Shown one piece after another: positions 26,601-37,149 of a stretch of DNA of 64,000 nt. The position numbers were made by a program, and so were the translations under genes. The notes under the pieces are model-generated. The model was given only the letters and a program-made list of their open reading frames with translations, had not been told where the DNA came from and did no database searches. Location of the stretch: assembly GCA_000708835.1 (NCBI GenBank), contig DF237099.1:1-64000 (forward strand). The letters are read 5' to 3'. The first letter of the stretch is position 1, and every line of letters begins with the position of its first letter. This DNA is from Klebsormidium nitens (taxonomy: Eukaryota; Plantae; Klebsormidiophyceae).

Positions 26601-29600
26601 CGATTACTGTCAGAATTTTGCTGGATAACACATTAATTCTCCGTACCCCTTCTAAAAGTACGGAAAATGTACACATCCCGGAGTTCTGCACACGAGATTA
26701 CCATACCGGTAGTACCGTAGTACGGTACCCAGGGATTGCGAACTGCGCTTGTGACTGTACCATCCAATCACAGTAACGAGTACCGTACTAATGTCCAAAT
26801 TCCAACTTGAAATACCGTACCTACCCCCTTGTTATTGTACAGTACTCAATCCTGTAGGGTAATACCGTACTGCCATTCCCATTAGAAGTAAAATAATTAT
26901 CTTGAGCCCACTGCGGAAAAAAAAATAAACTAACTTTCGACCGAGGTGCGAAAATGCGAAATAAGAAATCAATTGCAAAATGCAATTTCCTGGCGGTTTT
27001 GAGTGGTAAAAAACGAAAAAACGGTCTTTTGCGAAAATTTTGAAAATTCGTCGAAGCCGGTGCGAAAACAAAAAACTTTCGAAAATAAATATTCGCACCA
27101 GCTTGGTGCGAATGGGAATGGCAGTACGGTACCGTATACCTATGCCGACGTCACTCGACCACTGCACTCCGGACAGGGGTCAAAGAAGATGCTCGACACT
27201 GACAACTTGACACTGGTGAAAAGTGACCAACATTCGGATACCGAGGACCTAGGACTAGGTTTTACCTTCTTCGTGGATCCAAATAAGATAGAGTCCTCAT
27301 CCAAAGTCAGACGTGAGTGAGTACGAATTGTCTGCCGTTGATAGTACCTTATTTAGGTAAGTGGAAGCTGAAGCTCAAACAGATTGACGTCTTGCCTGGC
27401 GCACTGCTCTTTTCGCCACGCAAACCTCAACTTTACTGATCAGACATGGACCAGTCAGTGGAAGAGTCTTCTGTTGGTGACATGAAGTGACGTAGAAGAA
27501 GACAAAGCCTCGGCACAAGCTGCAATCCTCCTCAAAAGCGCAACTTCTGGCCATGCCTTCTGTTGGCCGGCACCACTATTCTCAGACACAGACCTTGGAC
27601 AGGTGGCTGAGACTTTCCTGATCAAACCCAGAATCCCAAGCTTGCGATCATCGTGGAGAGGCCGGACAAGGTGGGACCAAGCAGCTGGAGGAACGCGGGC
27701 GAGGCGTTCCTTCCACGTGACCAGCTGCAACTGTTTTACAACCAAGTCTGAAGGGACATGGTCTCTTCTCAAGGCTATAGCAACCAATTTGGACAAAAAG
27801 GACAGAAAGTTTTGGACCGCATTTCCGTATGATTGAGAACGTGAAATAGCGCACTCCGTTGCAGTGAGTTACTGAAAAGGAGTACGTGAAGCTCCAGGAT
27901 CCGTAGTGAGAAAAGAAACCCTTCATGAAGGCGGAAGTTTCCAAGAGATATAAGACCTAGCAAACGACGACTGGCTTGGTGGTCGGACAGTAAAGACTGG
28001 CCCGAATCAGTTCGATTTCCATGGCAGATCACAGCGACGCGAAAACGACTTCCGTCCGGTTTCCATCGCAGATCATAGCGACGGAAAAACGACTTCCGAA
28101 TGTGTGTGGCAATGATGCACTTGCCCAAAAAGCGTCTGTATCATCCGACATACAGAGCAGTCAGACTCTTGCACGGAATGTGCAACTCATAACCGAAGAA
28201 TCAAACCCCGGAAATAGAAGCACTCGTCTCCAAGTGCAATGGATAGAAAAGGAAGCACGTGGAAGAACTCCTTGAGTCTAGTGATCGAACAGAGATTGTT
28301 GTTCGAGTCCGTCTCAGCAATCAACAATACAGGTGCTGTAGAACCAGCACACACTCCCGCTTTCAGATGACAAAAGACTAACATCCAGTGAAAGCGACAA
28401 TGGAAGCGCCCCCCTAAGCTTCAGCTTTCAACTCAGTCCCCCACTTTGATCTCGAGGTGTGTGACTGGTTAGCCAGGCGTCCTTCAACCAGATTCTCATT
28501 TCAAGCCCGGGAGATAAGTTTTCAATCTAGCTTTCCGTTGCAAAGCCGTAACTGAGAAGGGCGTTTACTCCGCTCCTGATCAAAGCTCACCCAACCGTGC
28601 AAAAAGTACGGTGCTGATCTTCAGCGAGCGCCCTTCAGTATGTAATGGACGCTTTCTAAATTGATTCCGTCACTTTGTGATGTGGGTAGTTAGAAGCAGC
28701 GTTGAATGAGAAGGAAAGTCTAGTTACGAGTTTGACGCCCTGAGACTACGGGCAAATCGCGGGAAGAATGCGGGAAGGACAGGAAGATAGGAAGAACACA
28801 AACGGGTCGAGACACACGAGGGTAGGATGGGACGTTATTTAGACCACCACGTTCCACTCACCGCACTCAGCTCCGGATCAAGCGCGTTGTAGAAGCGGTT
28901 GCGACACTGCTTCCCAGTCCGCCCCAGCATGCGTCCCACGCGCGCCCACCCCGCCTTCCCGTTCTCCTTGACAAAATTCAACAGTACGACGTCCTCCTTC
29001 TGCACACGAAACCACGGGTCAGCCAGGGGCAAAAGCGTTTGCAGACAATTCGACGCATTCACTCCCCTGTCAACCACCCCGGAATCACGTCCCGAATGTC
29101 GTCTTTCATAACTGCACTCAGGAAAGCTTCAAAACCAGTCAGAAGAGAAGGGTTATATGATAACATAGCAGACTGCAGTTTTTGATTCAAGTGGCCAAAG
29201 TATCAGCGCTGACCCGCCCACTAGCTCCTCTGTAAGCCGTCACAAGCCCCTTGCTTGCAGGTGACACGCGCAAAGGTTGTAAATCAGCAGCACTCTGAAT
29301 AATATCCATGTGGTCCATCCTTAGCAGCTCGATGGACACTCTATGCTGATTACAAGGACCTATCTGATAGATACGATGGTTGCGCCCCGCATCTTGCATG
29401 CTTCTTTACAACGTACTATCGAGTACTGTTTGTCATGCAATTGTTAATTCCTGTACTTTATCTCTATCACCATTCAACAATCCGACTCGATGAGTCAGCC
29501 CGTTAAACATTCGCTGCCTGTGTATCGTAGCCTTGTTGATCGGTGAACCGCTTAAGCCAGCAAAATCAACATAAAGTTGCCGACGCAGGTTTTCCGAGGA

Positions 29601-30886
29601 CAAAGAAGAGTTTTCACACACACGTCTGCCATTCTTTGACACTCATAAGACATCTTGCTAGGGTTGCCTCCCGTCTCCTTGTATAGCTCCAAAGGGAGTC
29701 AGACGCATCGATTGCCCCTCTCGGATTGCTCGAGGCAGCGATCACGGCATAACCTCTTGGGAACATACCTTGGACCACTTTGGCAATGGCCGCATTTCAC
29801 CCGCCTTGCCCCCATCGGAGCCGCTGCCCGGATCGAGGGTCCCAGATTCCTACAGGGTCAAGCGTTTGGCTTAGCTGAAACAATCAGACAACTGATCTAA
29901 CCAAGGCTGGCAAATCAAGCGAACTCCTTGCTTGAGAGGCTGCTTCAGAAAGCTGGATTCATTGTTGGTTCTGAGGACGTGATGTCTAAAATGACATATG
30001 TCTAGAAAGACGCGTGACTGAGTATGCACATTCGAGTTGGAGTGTGCCCACCCGGATCAGAGTCAATCCGAGCAACCTTGTCATATACTTCAAGAGTAAT
30101 ATGTCAATTTTCCTGGTGCGCTTAGAGATGACAGACCCTCTGAAGCCATCACTCCTGGTTCCTATTACAACTAATATTGTTCCAGCTGGTGTTCAGCAAA
30201 CAACTATGCTTGCAACAAAACCTATGCCTGCAAGAGCACTTCAACCTGCAATCGATGCATCTCAGTCCCAGTCTCATTGCCATACTGAATGTGGACCATT
30301 GGTGTACAATATTCCCAGTCATTCCCTCCTCCAAACAGCAGGGATGAGGTTGAAAGTTGGTCACACATTTTGACTTGCACGCTGCTTTTTCATTCAATCT
30401 CTTCACCCCCATTCTTGAACTTCAGGCTTTTACAAACCCCCAATGACCCCAGTATGCTCATTGAACTCCTTCTCGTGGTTTTATTTTCCCAGCAGACTTC
30501 TGGCAGTCATCAATAAGAAGCGGATGACGCATCGTGAGCTTGCAAAAACAAAATGCGAGCATCCAACTCAGGCTGCTCACTCTTAAACTACAGGTGCACT
30601 ACCAGTACTGCAACATCTAATTCACTTTACAGGAAACGAAAAATGAGGCTGCTCAAAACGTCAAGTGAAAAGCGCCAGGCATTCAGCGGCTTACCCTTGC
30701 TGCTTTATCCCGGAACTTGTGGCCGTTGTGCGGTTTCTGCTTCCAGCCCTCCCCTTGGTTGCCAGGCGCCGTGAACCCCTTTCCGCCTGCTAGCTCTGGG
30801 GATGGCTCCTCAAACCCAATGATGCAGATGGGATTCTCTATGGCATCTTCAGGGGCCGACTCGACGATAGGGACTGAGGACTCCAT
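20675..30886 (-). CDS. R2R3-type MYB transcription factor, ~1087 aa with a long low-complexity C-terminus; exons 30886-30695, 29849-29769, 28999-28862, 24939-24878, 24273-24189, 23380-20675
   Basis: The spliced repeats read KWSKKEDVVLLNFVKENGKAGWARVGRMLGRTGKQCRNRFYNALDPELSA-KEWTAEEDRCMVELHKRFGCRWAILARHLPGRGQNTIKNHWN. All exon boundaries are GT-AG and phase consistent. The last exon is the 903-aa ORF. Confidence 0.88.
26240..26322. repeat. Cluster of short direct and inverted repeats (TCTGGAGTCTGGACCCC / CTCCAGAGTCCAGACCCC)
   Basis: TCTGGAGTCTGGACCCC occurs twice, with a partly reverse-complementary copy between them. Confidence 0.7.
26863..27131. mobile_element. Non-autonomous MITE, Tc1/mariner-like (19-bp TIRs, TA target-site duplication)
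   Basis: TA|CCGTACTGCCATTCCCATT (26865-26883) and AATGGGAATGGCAGTACGG|TA (27111-27129) are perfect reverse complements around an AT-rich, non-coding interior. Confidence 0.75.
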
Positions 30887-32320
30887 GTAGGAACACAGAG
30901 AGGCACCCGCGCAGGCTGAAATCTGGGACCTAACCAAGGTGATTCATGACCAAGAACCGTGTCCTGATCAGAGTGGTTGGAGAAGCCTAGGAAGTGGTGT
31001 TTGGGTACCGCTCAATGGAAAGAAGCTTGGGGCCTGCAAGAAGGGTGTTATGTTGTGAAAACCCAAGATGAGCTGCCTCCTTGTGTGGTAAATGGTTCAA
31101 GGTGGCGGGCCATGCTGAGGAAGCCATTGACAAGCTGCTAAGATTCCCTTATCTGCTTGAAAAGGTGGCCAAACAATTGCAAAGACAGAAAAAGACTTAG
31201 AAGGGAAAAGGTTTAATATGAAATCATGCTTTTTCCAAGATGTCACAGCAGGCCACATCTCTCATACATTACACAGTTTTCCAATGGAAGAGGAAAACTA
31301 AGTATGATAAAATGCCACCTTCGTAAGTTGTCGAGGCAATCTTTAATTCGATCAGGACGTTCATTGAGTTGGTCAGCTGCAACGCCACTTCTCGATTCTC
31401 ATTCTTTCCATCCGTGGAAAGACATGAGCAGTCAAGCAAACAATCTAATATCTGAGCAACCGCCTTGACAATATCCCTTTAGCTCTCGCAGTCTTGTAAA
31501 GCTTAGGAACCAAGACAACCACCCTCATGATGATGGCAGGTGAGACTCTTTCATTCAAAACCAGCAAAAAGCTCACGTTGAGAAGGTCAAATTCAGATCA
31601 CAGAGGCCTTTTCGCTCCTGATTGCCAGAGGGCGCTAGATTTCCTCATGCAATTCCTCAAATCTGGCCAGGCGGATGCAAGACTGACCTCAAGAAACCAC
31701 TGTTAAATTCCGTGAACCCTCCCCTCGAAGTACGAAGCTTCAGGTAGTCCGCAATATTGCTACGATGCAACTTATTTTCGGCAGGGGAATCTTTCCCCTT
31801 CTAGCTCCATCTTATGCTTGTGGCATTCCGCAGCCAGGGCGTCACATCAGCATATTCCAGCCCTTTTACAGCCATTTTGCAGAGCTTCGCAAACTTCCTG
31901 CTCACCTCTAGCTACAATATTTAAGTTCTCTGCAGCATTCCGTGCATGCACATTCACCGCTGAAAAAAGCCGATGCTTTTTGCATGATGATGATGGCCGT
32001 ATTCAACTAGTGACTCAATCCCTCTCGGATCTTGTGAAGAATCGGCTTTGGAGTAGATGACGTCAACGTCTCTGCAGGATGGAGAAATCTTACGTCTTCG
32101 GCAGCTCTTCTCCGACGGGCTTGAAGCTCTATATAAGTCTAGGTTTAAAATTAAAAGGCTACATCTGTTGGTTCATGGTTCAATCTTATGCTAAGAGATC
32201 TGCTTGCTTCTGCTCCTCCTCCTCACCATGCACGGTCTGCTTCCAAACCACAATGCGTACCTACAGGCTACATGTGCAAAGCGCTTTTGGACGTCTGACT
32301 TTAATTACGACCTAGGTATT

Positions 32321-33157
32321 NNNNNNNNNNNNNNNNNNNNNNNNNNNNNNNNNNNNNNNNNNNNNNNNNNNNNNNNNNNNNNNNNNNNNNNNNNNNNNNN
32401 NNNNNNNNNNNNNNNNNNNNNNNNNNNNNNNNNNNNNNNNNNNNNNNNNNNNNNNNNNNNNNNNNNNNNNNNNNNNNNNNNNNNNNNNNNNNNNNNNNNN
32501 NNNNNNNNNNNNNNNNNNNNNNNNNNNNNNNNNNNNNNNNNNNNNNNNNNNNNNNNNNNNNNNNNNNNNNNNNNNNNNNNNNNNNNNNNNNNNNNNNNNN
32601 NNNNNNNNNNNNNNNNNNNNNNNNNNNNNNNNNNNNNNNNNNNNNNNNNNNNNNNNNNNNNNNNNNNNNNNNNNNNNNNNNNNNNNNNNNNNNNNNNNNN
32701 NNNNNNNNNNNNNNNNNNNNNNNNNNNNNNNNNNNNNNNNNNNNNNNNNNNNNNNNNNNNNNNNNNNNNNNNNNNNNNNNNNNNNNNNNNNNNNNNNNNN
32801 NNNNNNNNNNNNNNNNNNNNNNNNNNNNNNNNNNNNNNNNNNNNNNNNNNNNNNNNNNNNNNNNNNNNNNNNNNNNNNNNNNNNNNNNNNNNNNNNNNNN
32901 NNNNNNNNNNNNNNNNNNNNNNNNNNNNNNNNNNNNNNNNNNNNNNNNNNNNNNNNNNNNNNNNNNNNNNNNNNNNNNNNNNNNNNNNNNNNNNNNNNNN
33001 NNNNNNNNNNNNNNNNNNNNNNNNNNNNNNNNNNNNNNNNNNNNNNNNNNNNNNNNNNNNNNNNNNNNNNNNNNNNNNNNNNNNNNNNNNNNNNNNNNNN
33101 NNNNNNNNNNNNNNNNNNNNNNNNNNNNNNNNNNNNNNNNNNNNNNNNNNNNNNNNN
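32321..33157. other. Assembly gap (837 N)
   Basis: Run of n characters. Confidence 1.
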
Positions 33158-34115
33158 GGCGGGGGGGGCGGCGCAGCCGAGGCCCCCCAGGGGTCCTGGC
33201 AAGGGGCAACTTCCGAAAATGGTCGATTTAAATATGGGGGGGTACCACTTACAAAATGACGGTACCCTTACCTAGGACTCGTCCCTAGATCACGGCTACA
33301 ACTTCTGGCTACGTGACAACAGTTGTCAGAGACACCTGGCACAATGACGGCACAATAGTCGGTGACGGAGCATACCGTATACCCGTACAACCAACTTGAA
33401 GGTAGGTAGGTACCTACCGTATGCATACCTATGTACCGTGACTCCAAATGCCTAAAAATGCAATATATTTAGGTAGCAGATGCGAGCCCAAATGATGTAT
33501 TATATTATCTCGAAAATTCTGTGAACCTGAAAAGGAAGCTGAGAGAGCCTCATGATAGGGTTGTTACATTAGAGATTTTGCGATCGAAAAACGGCCCGAG
33601 ACCCATCAGCCGGACCTCCGGCTGACCTCAGCCTGAAAGAAATCTTGATCGGGTTGCCCACAACCCGATGCCCCTCAGGTCGGGCACTTTACGACCCGAC
33701 CCGACATTTGCCCGAGCCCCCGACCCAAATCGGGGCCTCCGGCAGCCGCAAAATTTTGGCAATGTAACCAATAGGCCATTTGCCCGAGCCTGATCGGGCT
33801 CGGGCCGTCCCGGTTGGAGACTTTTCTCGCTCAAGTGTAACAACCCTATCAGCCTGAGACTTTGAGAGGTACCAAATTGTGCAGGGACCCTTCATCATCA
33901 CTGTTTCTTCATGACATCAGACTTGCGAACAGGTATCTCGACTCTTCCGTCCATCCGTCGTGCGGTCGGTTGGCGGAAGCGGTTTGCCGGATTCCGCTCG
34001 TTCCGGGTCGGGAACAGGACTCATGAAGTGGAGGGACGGAACCAATTTTCCAGCGCCCCTCGGCCTCGCATTATATAATAAGCGTATATGTATTGTATTG
34101 TATTGTATATGTATA

Positions 34116-34261
34116 GGTTATCCAACGAGTGCGAGAGAATATCGAAGTTTCGCGTCGAACGAGAGCGGATATTCCACGAGGGCCTCCGAGGCCCGAGTGG
34201 AATATGAAGCTCGAGTTTGACGCGAAATCTTCGCTATGCTCGAGCACGAGTGAGGGTAACC
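34116..34261 (+). other. Long imperfect foldback with four tandem G.A mismatches (structured ncRNA or transposon ssDNA hairpin; identity unknown)
   Basis: Arms pair from GGTTA/TAACC inward to GGGCCT/AGGCCC with a 3-nt loop. GA/GA mismatches lie at 34127-28/34248-49, 34133-34/34242-43, 34161-62/34213-14 and 34178-79/34195-96. Confidence 0.7.
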
Positions 34262-34315
34262 GACTTATCGCACGACCGGACTCTGATGCATCGTCGAACC
34301 TGGTAAGGGTCTAGC

Positions 34316-34345
34316 GTTTATTCAACGGCTGAGCGTTGAATAAAC
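34316..34345. repeat. Perfect 12-bp inverted repeat with a 6-nt loop
   Basis: GTTTATTCAACG-GCTGAG-CGTTGAATAAAC. Confidence 0.9.
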
Positions 34346-37149
34346 ATATATATTCACCGCTGGGGTCGCCAACGAAATTCGACGCCGAAACTTTCCTAAT
34401 ACTCAACGCCGAAATGGCTGAGCGCAAAAACCGGTCGTGGGATAAGTAGTACCGGGCCGCGCATCTGCATACCTCTGTTTATATATTTTCCAGAACAGGA
34501 TTCAGCATTTATTTCCGGTATTGGAAAAAGCGAAGTCCGACCTGAGTCCGACTGCTAATATCCTGAGTTTCAAATTTTCCGAGGGCAAATGAATATATGT
34601 TTATTTGGAATCATACCTTGATCGTACGGGTATTATTCCTGCTGACATCACGAAACGGGTGTTTTCAATTCGCTGCGAGAGAACATTCCTAGCTCTTCTT
34701 GCTGGAGACATTCGATTGTTCAACCTGTCAGGATTCGACGGACGCTAAGTAAGTGCCGTTGGTACTCGCAACCGGCTTTCCGTTCAGCCTTTCCGGTATC
34801 GACTATCATTCTGCGCTTTGCGGAGGAGCTCGCCGCTCTCCATTCCCTAGCTTTGCACTCTGGTTTGCGCCGCAAGTCGGTTAAACATGATTTACAGTCG
34901 AGCGCTGGAGCCTGGCTGCGTACCTGATGCGGTGTCTCAGGAGTTGACGGTGCCGTACCTGTACCGTTATCGACGACCGAGCGTGCCTCCTGGTGCCTCC
35001 CGACTCCCGAGTCCCTTCGCACATCGACGATTCTGAGGGGCGCGGCACGCAGACTCCGGAGGCAATGCGGAAGCTGGAATTGTACGGAGTTGACCCTTCA
35101 AGTCATCTTCAGAAAACATGAATTCATGAACATGAGCATTGTCAACTCTGGCTCGGATATGGCTTCGTGAAGTTTGGCTCCTCGGGAGTCGGGCTGGCCA
35201 GCGCATTGATTGGCAAACATGTTGCACATTAGTGATGACCAGCTTCTATATCATGTCAGCACTTCCTGATGGTTGTCATCAAAATCAAGTTTGATTCACC
35301 TGAACTGGTAAGTTTTGGACAACAGAAGTAGGCTCCTCCTGCAATGTGGAGCATTCTTGCATTGATCCCAACTTCGCTTTCATTCCAATCTCATTTTGTC
35401 AATCTGAGTCACTCCGATTTGTCATTTATGTCCTCTCGCCATGGCATGGGCTGCTCCTAAGCTCCTAGTGAACCAACAGCAACATGTCCGATGGATGAAA
35501 TTCTGGACGCATCCTTTCAAAATTTAAGTAAAACGGCCACGACCTTCAAACTTGATTGAGTCCACCGCTCTCAGCTTGTGGTGAGCCTCGAGCCAGTGAG
35601 AAAAGACGTCCTTCCGTGCCTAGCTTGTATCGGATGTCGGCTTTGCTGATTCGTCATTTAAGACCATGATATGCGAACCCTCCAAACATGGGCAAACGGG
35701 TGGCAAAGATTGCAAAAGTACAGCCGTGTACAGGTGCACCTGGTTGAACACATGTTTGAGTATCTTGTCAGAACGTAGCTGCTGAGTGATCGATCAAGGG
35801 AAGTTCGACCATGCACGGTACAGTTTTGATCACTTTACCAAAATGGAAGCTTCTATTCTGTGAGTTATGTATGTAGGACAGTAATTAGTAAGCTCTGGTA
35901 ACTAGAGGAACGAGCCTGAAGCGCGAGCACTACAGTAAGTATTAACCTAGGGCCATCATCAGTACATGAATTTTGTCGAATAGATGCAAACGGATCTTCG
36001 TGACTATAACTATCTAACGTTACGGCCTCATCTAGCTTTACATCCTACCTTAAGCATTTTGACTTTGAACACGCGCCGGTCTTTATAAAGAGCCGAAGCG
36101 CAACACGCTCTATCTGAAAGAACTCAACACAAAGTGTCCACTACTCCCACGTCGTTTGGCTGTGCATCGGTCTCCCTTCCGGTGTCCTCGATCCTGTCCT
36201 GGCAGTTCTCAGCAAACGTCACGCGCTTCGGACGAATCTTCGAGTCTGTCGAAGAAGACGAGGGCCGAGGCCACGAGCCCCCTACACATTTCGACGGCAG
36301 AGCATTATTAAACACAAGACATAACGCGCCGTACACGTCGAAAGCATTTTCACGAGTTTCAGACCTGGAGACCATGGCAGCGTCGAAAGCTTGCGCTCGA
36401 TTGCACAAGCTGAGTGCCCTCTGCTCAGGACTGTAATTCAGGCTCGTTCTGAGCAAGTCAAAGATCGTCGGCTTAGGCTTGAAACTTCAAAGTGCCCATC
36501 AAAAGGCCCTCTCTTTATCGGCCCTTCTCTCCGATTAGCTGGTATGATGGCCATGCTCCATTTGCTGTAAGGCCCAAGAAGGGAGGGCTAGCAGTAGTCA
36601 AAAAATTCCCTCAAAAAGAGTGTGCCACTCGGGTTCCTGGCTGCGAATTGAACATTAGCAGCAAAGCTACTTCGTTTCATTTTCGTGGCACGCACACAAT
36701 GAAGGTTGTTGCGTGGTTTCAAACTTTCGCAACCACCCCGCTTTACCGGGCTCGTCCTGATGCAAAATATTCAGCACGAGCTCACCAGCGGTCGGTTCCC
36801 ATTCCCCGGGCTGAATGTCGCCCATGTACTGGCTCATGCTTGAGTTGCTTCGTTGCTCGTCCCCGTCCGGAAAGCTTCCGCTGACATCGCTAGTCTCACG
36901 GACAAATCCTGCAGATTTGGAAAGTCGAGATCAACTCGGCACGAGATTTCCACAGAGTCTTCTTTGCATCTGAGGAGGCTCTCAGATGAAGCGGTTCATT
37001 GCGGTCACGGATGATTCTCAAGGAAGCGGTCCTCTTTTCTGACGACTGCTCGTTGATGCCGTCCCGTCACAAACGTCGTCAAGCGTCTCTCTTAAGAAGG
37101 GTGCGGAAACAATCTGCTTTTAAAATCCCGCTTTTGCCGGTTTGCAAAT

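Noticed and set aside
32204-33259. Three ~300-350-aa ORFs in the ORF track
   Set aside because: They are artefacts of translating the 837-N gap (poly-X).
36124-36456. 110-aa minus-strand ORF with an RVxF-like motif (KRVTF)
   Set aside because: It has no credible start, I could not link it in phase to the upstream gene, and RVxF matches are common by chance.
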